Shown here piece after piece: positions 57,534 to 64,000 of a DNA stretch of 64,000 nucleotides (position 1 is its first letter; each line of letters begins with the position of its first letter). The stretch comes from an uncultured virus (IMG/VR IMGVR_UViG_3300033075_001711) (lineage: Duplodnaviria; Heunggongvirae; Uroviricota; Caudoviricetes): the IMG/VR virus record IMGVR_UViG_3300033075_001711, one strand, 5' to 3'. A model generated the notes under the pieces. That model searched no databases, was not told where the DNA came from, and saw only the letters and a program-made list of their open reading frames with translations. Made by a program: the position numbers and the translations under genes.

Positions 57534-58658
57534 ATGAAAAAATATATTATATGTGTAAGTATTTTTTATACTTTTTTATTAGGGGGTTGTGGTGCATTAT
57601 TTAATAACAACCCTCCAATAACACCGCATCCAGACACAACTCCTATTGCTACAATTAGTGCAACCCCAACTCAAACACCTACAAATATTCCAACCCCAAT
57701 AGCACAAGGACCTAAAGAATTTAGTTTAGTAAATAATACTACATATTCTTTAGCAGACGGGGTATTTCCAGACATAGCTGGAGATGCTAATAAAGTAAAA
57801 ATTTGTTATCTTTCGGGTAAAAAAGTTACTATATTAACAATGGAAACTTTCTCAGGAAAATTATTAGATAAAAAAGAAATTAATGTTAACTCTCAAAGTC
57901 CAGTAAAATATTTTTTACCGAAAATTTCGGTAGACAATGTGTTATTTAGAAATATAGCTAGTTTTGGTGGAAGTGTTGTTTCTCAAATAAAAACTGAAAA
58001 TGATTTAATTTCAGAAGGAGATTTTGAGACTTATGACATAACACAAAATTTTATAGTTTTAGGTGGAAATGATCCTTTAGGTGGATTTTTTTATTCTAAA
58101 TCAGGTAATTCGTGGGTAGGCCCAACAAAAATAGAGAATAGAGCTTTATATCCTTTTAGTTTGAAAGAATATAATGGGCAAGCTGTTATGTTTGAGAGAA
58201 ACACTGTTAGAGTATTTCCTAATGGAAAAACTTTAACTTTTAAACCTGTAGGTAAAACATCTTATGATATTGTTGGTTTTGTTGTTAAAGGAGATACTAT
58301 TTTTGGTGTTTCTCATTTATGGACAAAAACAGGAGATTCTTGGGCACCTTCTGGTAAAATAGAGATAATGTTTGCTAATTTAAAATCTGATAAAGATCTA
58401 ATGCATCAATATCTAATGACTTCAGATACTTCTGGTTTAAAAAATAATACTAGTTTAATGCCACAATTATTTGTAATAGAAAATCAACTGTATTTTGTTG
58501 TATCTATAAAGAATATAGCTAAAATTTATAAAGTAAAAGACAATTTTTCTTTAGAAGAAATTAAAACTATAAATAACTGTGGGCAACCAATTGTGTTTAG
58601 TTTTGGAAATAATGTCTGGTTAGTTTCTTTACAAGGTATTTATTATGGAAGACTCTAA
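57534..58658 (+). CDS. lipoprotein with Pro/Thr linker and beta-rich (propeller-like) domain
   Basis: MKKY...LLGGC lipobox, TPTQTPTNIPTP linker. Confidence 0.65.
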   Translation: MKKYIICVSIFYTFLLGGCGALFNNNPPITPHPDTTPIATISATPTQTPTNIPTPIAQGPKEFSLVNNTTYSLADGVFPDIAGDANKVKICYLSGKKVTILTMETFSGKLLDKKEINVNSQSPVKYFLPKISVDNVLFRNIASFGGSVVSQIKTENDLISEGDFETYDITQNFIVLGGNDPLGGFFYSKSGNSWVGPTKIENRALYPFSLKEYNGQAVMFERNTVRVFPNGKTLTFKPVGKTSYDIVGFVVKGDTIFGVSHLWTKTGDSWAPSGKIEIMFANLKSDKDLMHQYLMTSDTSGLKNNTSLMPQLFVIENQLYFVVSIKNIAKIYKVKDNFSLEEIKTINNCGQPIVFSFGNNVWLVSLQGIYYGRL

Positions 58659-58860
58659 AAAATCTATTTTTGATGATGTTTTAGATGAAATATCTGAGCA
58701 AATCGTAAAAGAAGTTTTTAGTCCAGACCAACAAGAAATTGAAGCTGTTATGGGAGAGGGATTTCAAAATTCAAGAAATCTCTCTACTCCAGGCCCCGCC
58801 CAGGTTTATTTATCACACATTAAAATTAAACCTGTTTATTTAAGATATACACCAAATTAA
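58645..58860 (+). CDS. hypothetical protein
   Basis: 71-aa ORF overlapping upstream stop. Confidence 0.5.
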   Translation: MEDSKKSIFDDVLDEISEQIVKEVFSPDQQEIEAVMGEGFQNSRNLSTPGPAQVYLSHIKIKPVYLRYTPN

Positions 58861-58873
58861 AAAGAAATAAAAT

Positions 58874-59317
58874 ATGAATTATACTTGTAATTTAGGGTTC
58901 CACGTAGGAGAAGCCACTGTTGATGTTAAAAAAGGTGAAACAGTCTCCTATATTAATCAATATTTAACTCTTTCAGATGGAAGAAAATTTTACGCCCCAT
59001 ATTTCCATTCCGCAATTAAAGCTAAATGGGTTGTTCCTTCTGAAACAGAACAAGAAACAAAAAACATTAATTTAAAAATAAAAGTTGTTTTTCCTGAATC
59101 TGCTATTTCAGATTCTCCTGAAAAAATCGAAACTCCTAGTTCTAAAAATTTAGTTTGGGATATATCTAAACACTGGAGAATTAAAGTTTCGGAAATTGAA
59201 AAAATGGGTATAGAGGATCTTGTTACTGTATTCAATCTTGAAAAAGGAAAAATGAAAGATCGTATTAAAGATGAAATAACTTTAAGATTTCCTGATTTTG
59301 TTTTTGATTCAAAATAA
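58874..59317 (+). CDS. hypothetical protein
   Basis: 147-aa ORF. Confidence 0.6.
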   Translation: MNYTCNLGFHVGEATVDVKKGETVSYINQYLTLSDGRKFYAPYFHSAIKAKWVVPSETEQETKNINLKIKVVFPESAISDSPEKIETPSSKNLVWDISKHWRIKVSEIEKMGIEDLVTVFNLEKGKMKDRIKDEITLRFPDFVFDSK

Positions 59318-59320
59318 TCT

Positions 59321-59626
59321 ATGCCAAACAAATACTATAAATATTTTTATGAAGATACAACAGATAAAGCTCTATATCACCATGACCCTGGTATGGATGA
59401 TAGAAGTCCTCTAGCTATTAAAACAAAAGTTCCAGTTGTAGATAAAAGTATTCCTATAGTTCATTGGGATAATCCAGGGTCTTTTAGTTTTTGGCCTGTT
59501 CCTGTAAATGAGCCTCCACACTCAAGACCTTTTATAGATCAAGGTCTAATAAAACAACAATCAATTTTAAATCTAAGTAAAAAACTTAAAGATTCTTATT
59601 TAGATAGAAAAAAAATTAATGTTTGA
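59321..59626 (+). CDS. hypothetical protein
   Basis: 101-aa ORF. Confidence 0.55.
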   Translation: MPNKYYKYFYEDTTDKALYHHDPGMDDRSPLAIKTKVPVVDKSIPIVHWDNPGSFSFWPVPVNEPPHSRPFIDQGLIKQQSILNLSKKLKDSYLDRKKINV

Positions 59627-59792
59627 ATATTTTTGTCCTAAATGTAATGTTTCAAGAGATATTTACCATAAATCAAAAGAATGTTTTGATTTTAGATGTG
59701 AAATTTGTTTTACAGTTTTAACTAAAAAAATAACAGGCGGTTGTGGTTTCATTATCAAAAAACCAAATGTAAATTCAAATGAAAATAAATAA
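59619..59792 (+). CDS. FmdB-like zinc-ribbon protein (57 aa, below the ORF-track cutoff)
   Basis: Hand translation MFEYFCPKC...RCEIC...LTKKITGGCGFIIK. Confidence 0.65.
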   Translation: MFEYFCPKCNVSRDIYHKSKECFDFRCEICFTVLTKKITGGCGFIIKKPNVNSNENK

Positions 59793-59857
59793 AAAAATAA
59801 TTTTTAGTTGATTAAAACCTTTTAATAGATATTCGATTTTATGGAGACATTCAATAT

Positions 59858-60583
59858 ATGTCAGCTTTAATTCAAGATAAACTAAGAGTTATGCACAATG
59901 GCTCTTATATGAGTGCTTCGGATGAAAAATACAATCTCCGAACCTCTTTAATTTATTTAACCGATATTGGAAATCGTGCTCAAGATAATGTTTATGATCG
60001 AGGACAATCCCAATATGTAACTTCTGTGGGCTCTGCTCCTGGCGAATCTGATTTCGTTTCAGGACACTCCGGCAGACGTGCTATAGATTTAGTCAAAACT
60101 AATAAAGTTTTAATTAGCCAAGACCAAGGCGAAATTAAAAAATATTCTGATTTAAATTTAATTCGAACTGTTGAAATAAAAGAAACAGAAGTAGATACTG
60201 CTTATACTGCTGGAACTTCTTTAGTAGTTAAAGATTCAACTGGCCTTTCTTCAACTGGAACTGTAGAAGTTTCTAATGAAGTTCGAAGATATACTGCAGT
60301 TACTGGTAATACTATAACTCTTGCCACCGCATTTACAAATGCTCACGCATCAGGATCAAGAGTAAAATTTTATGCCTCTATGCAAGAGACTAAAGTTTCT
60401 ACTGCTTATACCTCTGGAACTACTCTTGTGGTAGAAAGCACTCGCGGAGTGACAGGAACTTCAGGAACAGTTTATATTGGAACAGAATCTGTAGCATATT
60501 CAGCCGTATCTGGATCCAACGTAACTATCTCTGCCCTAACTAATGATTATGCTGTAGGAACTAGAGTCCTATTAGTAGTTTAA
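59858..60583 (+). CDS. putative virion protein, paralog 3 of 3
   Basis: RVMHNG..IYLTDIGNRAQD..GQS domain plus two ET...TAYT.GT.LVV.ST.G repeats. Confidence 0.65.
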   Translation: MSALIQDKLRVMHNGSYMSASDEKYNLRTSLIYLTDIGNRAQDNVYDRGQSQYVTSVGSAPGESDFVSGHSGRRAIDLVKTNKVLISQDQGEIKKYSDLNLIRTVEIKETEVDTAYTAGTSLVVKDSTGLSSTGTVEVSNEVRRYTAVTGNTITLATAFTNAHASGSRVKFYASMQETKVSTAYTSGTTLVVESTRGVTGTSGTVYIGTESVAYSAVSGSNVTISALTNDYAVGTRVLLVV

Positions 60584-60596
60584 TAAAATATAACTT

Positions 60597-60854
60597 ATGC
60601 TAAAAAATTTAGATTTAAATGATAGAGAATACTCCACTACAGATTTATATTTTGCTGCTTTTTTAAAATCTTCTGGAGTTAAATTACTTAGAACAGAAAG
60701 AGATAAAAATGATTTCAAAAGAATCTATTTTATTTTTGATAAATTAGGAACTTTTGATGAATTAAAACTCTCCTGGCAAAATGATACAGGTACTGTTCTA
60801 GCCCAAACATACGCAAACTCAATTAGACATTTAAAAAGCATTTGTTTTCAGTAA
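60597..60854 (+). CDS. DUF5659-like small protein
   Basis: YSTTDLYFAAFLKSSG...RIYFIF pattern. Confidence 0.55.
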   Translation: MLKNLDLNDREYSTTDLYFAAFLKSSGVKLLRTERDKNDFKRIYFIFDKLGTFDELKLSWQNDTGTVLAQTYANSIRHLKSICFQ

Positions 60855-60860
60855 ACTAAA

Positions 60861-60887
60861 AAAGGCTATTAAATATTAATAGCCTTT
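60861..60887 (+). terminator. hairpin
   Basis: aaaggctattaa-ata-ttaatagccttt. Confidence 0.55.
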
Positions 60888-60907
60888 AAACTTATATAGG
60901 GAAAAAT

Positions 60908-61822
60908 ATGTCATTGTTAATATTTAATAGAGGACAAGCTCTCTCATCTAATGACCTTTTTATAAATATTCGAGCAGCTAATAGTTCTTTAATTGACCCT
61001 TTTTCAATCACATATGCAGTTTTTGATAATAGTTCTGGAACTCCAATTCTAAAATCAGGCCCAACAGAAACACCTGTTAAAATTACTGTTGGAAAATACT
61101 ACGCACCCTATGTTATTCCTTTAGATGCAGAACTAGGTGATTGGCTTCTCATTTGGACTATTCAAGAAACTAGCCTAACAACTCCATATACAGCACAACA
61201 ACCCTTTGTTGTCGCTCCAGCAGATTTTCTAGTTGGACCCTACAGCAGTCTTTTAATAAACCCACTCATTCCTAATAATGAAGGAATTATTAGATTAATT
61301 TATAGACTACGTGTCCTACTTAGAGATAATAACCCTGACAGAAATTACCATTTTCTCCCACCAACACCTGAACGAGAAATTCAAGGTTATACTAAAAAAT
61401 TTAGATTTATTTGGGAAGATTATGAACTCTATGAATATCTTTTAGCTGGCATGAATAGAATAAATTTAGCCCCTCCTTTAACAGGGTTTACCCTTGAAGG
61501 TTTACCTCTTCAATGGACTACTCTTCTTTTAGATGCTGCTCGAATTTATGCTATTCAAGCTATTACAGCTAACTGGATTGCTGATGAATTTGAATATTCT
61601 ATTTCTGGAGTATCTCTAAATTTAGAAAAATCTCAGAAATATCAAGCCCTGAAAGAAAACCTTGAAGCTCAAGTTGAAAAACAATTGGAACTCGCCAAAC
61701 AAACTTTGAAATTTGTTAAAGGAATTAGACAACAAAAATATTCAGTGGGTGTGAGCGTAGCCCTCGGCCCATATACGGGCCGAGGTACAACAAGTATTAA
61801 AAATTATATTTTTGGTAAATAG
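60908..61822 (+). CDS. putative neck / head-tail adaptor protein
   Basis: N-terminal Ig-like beta domain (GKYYA, GDW..W) and helical adaptor-like domain (LRVLLRD, WEDYEL, YSISGVSL). Confidence 0.55.
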   Translation: MSLLIFNRGQALSSNDLFINIRAANSSLIDPFSITYAVFDNSSGTPILKSGPTETPVKITVGKYYAPYVIPLDAELGDWLLIWTIQETSLTTPYTAQQPFVVAPADFLVGPYSSLLINPLIPNNEGIIRLIYRLRVLLRDNNPDRNYHFLPPTPEREIQGYTKKFRFIWEDYELYEYLLAGMNRINLAPPLTGFTLEGLPLQWTTLLLDAARIYAIQAITANWIADEFEYSISGVSLNLEKSQKYQALKENLEAQVEKQLELAKQTLKFVKGIRQQKYSVGVSVALGPYTGRGTTSIKNYIFGK

Positions 61823-61880
61823 TTAAAAACCTTTGTTTTCTTTTGTATAGGTAAGTATCCACTTTAAAAGAAAGGTCCCT

Positions 61881-62969
61881 ATGTTTCAAGAAAACATGTC
61901 AATGCGAGAGAACAATAATTGTCAAAGTGCATTTTATACTGGAGATGGTTGTATTTCTCTTGAAAAACACAAAGAAAAAATTTTAGGTATGTCTATAACA
62001 ATAAAACAAACAGATATTAGACCACTAGAAAATTTTCAAAAATTTTTTGATTGTGGAAACATTACAGGTCCATATGTATCAAAAAATCCAAATGTAAATC
62101 CAATTTGGCGATATAAATGCTCAAAAATATCTGATGTTTTAAATGTAATTCATCTCATGTGGGATAATTTGCCATATTTTAGAAAAAAACAAGCATATAA
62201 TGTTATTATGGAATACTATAGTTCTGAAAAAAGAAAAATTGTTCCAGATTTTACAAAATATAAATGGAACAGTTTTAATGTTGATATCACAAATGAATTT
62301 TTTGAAATAGATAGAACATTTAGAGAAAAATGTGCTTGGTGTGCTGGGATATACAACAGTGAAGGATCTACATCATTTCATAAAGGTCCGGTTGTTGTGG
62401 GTAGTGTGCGGTGTGGTATTTCACAAGTAGATCCTGATCCTATTAATTTTTTTGTTGATTGTTTTGAAAAATTTGATAGAAACATTCAAATTCGAATGGA
62501 GTCAAAAAATCTAAAAAATATAAATCATAGAGATTGTCATAAATTAGATGTAAATTCAATAGAAGCAGTTAAATATATTATAGATTCTATGTGGTTTGCA
62601 TTATCTGAGCCTAAACGTGAGCAGTATAATAAAGTTGTAGATCTATATTTAGAAAGTGTAAAAAATTCTACTGCATGTAAATTTAAAACAAAATGTAAAT
62701 TCGGCCATGAATTCACAGATGAAAATACTCGAATATATGATGGTAAAAGAGTATGTAAACAATGCTCTAGGGATAAAGTTAAAAAACATTCAGAGAAATT
62801 AAAAAATAATCCAGATCGAAATATTCAACAAGAAATTTTAGAATATATTTCTAAACATAATATTTGTAAAAACAACCATGTATTAACTTTGGAGAATGTT
62901 AGAATGAGTGGAATTTCTGCTAGATGTAAAGATTGTGATAAAATGCAACGAGAGAAACTAAAAAATTAA
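61881..62969 (+). CDS. free-standing two-domain LAGLIDADG homing endonuclease with C-terminal Zn fingers
   Basis: AFYTGDGCI and AWCAGIYNSEGS motifs; CKFGHEF..EN...CKQC and CKNNH...EN...CKDC. Confidence 0.78.
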   Translation: MFQENMSMRENNNCQSAFYTGDGCISLEKHKEKILGMSITIKQTDIRPLENFQKFFDCGNITGPYVSKNPNVNPIWRYKCSKISDVLNVIHLMWDNLPYFRKKQAYNVIMEYYSSEKRKIVPDFTKYKWNSFNVDITNEFFEIDRTFREKCAWCAGIYNSEGSTSFHKGPVVVGSVRCGISQVDPDPINFFVDCFEKFDRNIQIRMESKNLKNINHRDCHKLDVNSIEAVKYIIDSMWFALSEPKREQYNKVVDLYLESVKNSTACKFKTKCKFGHEFTDENTRIYDGKRVCKQCSRDKVKKHSEKLKNNPDRNIQQEILEYISKHNICKNNHVLTLENVRMSGISARCKDCDKMQREKLKN

Positions 62970-62990
62970 AATCACAATAATTTCTCCCCT

Positions 62991-63022
62991 AAAAGAACTT
63001 TAAAATTTTAAAGTTCTTTTTT
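62991..63022 (+). terminator. 30-bp palindrome / terminator
   Basis: aaaagaactttaaaa|ttttaaagttctttt followed by tt. Confidence 0.55.
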
Positions 63023-63046
63023 ATTTTATAATTAAATATATATGTT

Positions 63047-64000
63047 ATGAGCAGTATACCAATAGGAAATAGACCGTTAAAGATTCCATATGTTTCGACG
63101 ACTACAGTAGTTGAGAATCCTCGTCCTAGATTTGCATCTTTAGAGCATACGCATACATTAGCAGATATAGTTCCTGGAATATCTCACAGTGAGTTGTTAG
63201 ATTTAACCGCAAATGATCATCCTCAGTATGTTTATAAGCTTGGGGATACGATGGAGGGGTTTTTATCTTTATATAAAGATCCTGTGGCACCAAAACATGC
63301 TGTAACAAAAGCATATTCAGATGCACATGCGGGGCATGAAATTCAATCTAATTCTGTTACATTACCTAAAAAAGAATTTCTTAATTTTTTAGGTTCAGAG
63401 TTTACAGTAGTAAACGATTCAACATCTACTACTATATCTTTTAATTTTACAAGTATAGATCATAATACATTAGATAATTTAACTGTAGGGAATCCACATA
63501 CTCAATATGTTTTAAAAGCTGGGGATACTTTATCAGGAGCTTTAATAAATTACAGCAATACTCCAACTTTAAATTTAGAGTTAGTTCCGAAAATTTATGT
63601 TGATACTTTAGTTAGCACTTCAATTGCTGCTGCAGTAATTACAGATCATAATTTATTGGACAATTTAACTGTAGGGAACCCACATACCCAATATGTTTTA
63701 AAAGCTGGGGATACTTTAACAGGTCAATTGTTATTATATTCTACTACACATACAAATATTTTAGAGGCTGTTAGTAAAGGGTATGTAGACAGTAATTTTA
63801 CTAAAGATCATAGTTCGCTAATTAATTTAAATACAGGAAATCCGCATCCTCAGTATCCATTAAAAACAGGGGATATTTTTTCAGGTGTTTTAAAATTAAA
63901 TATTTCTCCAATAGATCCAGATGATGCTGTAAGGAAAGATTATGTAGATAGTGTAATTATAAATGATCATGGGGATTTATTAGGGTTGGAGGATATTGAA
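63047..64000 (+). CDS. tail-fibre-like repeat protein, runs off the window end
   Basis: Hand translation from ATG 63047 (MSSIPIGNRP...); repeated H..L..L...(D/P)H(P/T)QY..K.GD...G.L...K.Y(V/S)D units. Confidence 0.75.
   Translation, partial: MSSIPIGNRPLKIPYVSTTTVVENPRPRFASLEHTHTLADIVPGISHSELLDLTANDHPQYVYKLGDTMEGFLSLYKDPVAPKHAVTKAYSDAHAGHEIQSNSVTLPKKEFLNFLGSEFTVVNDSTSTTISFNFTSIDHNTLDNLTVGNPHTQYVLKAGDTLSGALINYSNTPTLNLELVPKIYVDTLVSTSIAAAVITDHNLLDNLTVGNPHTQYVLKAGDTLTGQLLLYSTTHTNILEAVSKGYVDSNFTKDHSSLINLNTGNPHPQYPLKTGDIFSGVLKLNISPIDPDDAVRKDYVDSVIINDHGDLLGLEDIE
63458..63718 (+). repeat. 75-nt direct repeat, 186-nt period, inside the fibre gene
   Basis: 63458-63532 and 63644-63718 both encode DHN.LDNLTVGNPHTQYVLKAGDTL; differences are mostly synonymous. 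Confidence 0.85.

Noticed and set aside
23905..60900. Late promoter motif of the form TTRATW-N8-WWATAKA (23913, 46225, 48109, 59808, 60876)
   Set aside because: Spacing is inconsistent and the motif is almost all A/T in very AT-rich DNA, so it cannot be supported without statistics.
438..63326. Short minus-strand and nested ORFs in the track (e.g. 2098, 16938, 39124, 46760, 58990)
   Set aside because: All overlap well-supported + strand genes and show no motifs; the poly-Lys ORF at 46760 is a frame shadow of the GAA/AAA-rich scaffold.
63458..63718. Diversity-generating retroelement TR/VR pair
   Set aside because: Both copies are in frame in one gene, mismatches are mostly synonymous and not adenine-specific, and no reverse transcriptase is present.
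1..64000. Alternative genetic code (stop-codon reassignment)
   Set aside because: Conserved genes are full length in the standard code, coding density is high, and TAA, TAG and TGA all occur at sensible gene ends.

Overview
AT-rich fragment of a large tailed dsDNA phage (Caudoviricetes). Essentially all real genes lie on the + strand and read in the standard code. Bases ~1-35.7 kb form a replication/recombination/regulation region: GyrA, intein-containing UvrD/PcrA, class II ribonucleotide reductase, RecD2, HU, SSB-like, RuvC-like, RecA, a split SbcC around SbcD and a Cas4/AddB-like nuclease, TOPRIM primase, three shortened clamp-loader-like subunits, two glycosyltransferases, NusG and a double sigma-region-4 protein. 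A block of virion fibre-like genes interrupts it at 24-29 kb. Bases ~35.7-49.6 kb are the head module: terminase, portal, intein-containing prohead protease, scaffold, decoration protein and HK97-type major capsid protein (MCP). After that come an accessory operon flanked by two HNH genes, two lipoproteins, three paralogous virion-like proteins, a neck-like gene, LAGLIDADG endonucleases and the start of a tail-fibre gene. Most striking observation: three small accessory ORFs (52.8-54.0 kb) appear to be stand-alone copies of the A (axial) domain of this phage's own MCP, i.e. candidate capsid decoys or assembly modulators. Also notable are GC-rich recoded patches next to three of the homing elements. 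All calls come from reading motifs by eye; no database searches were run.
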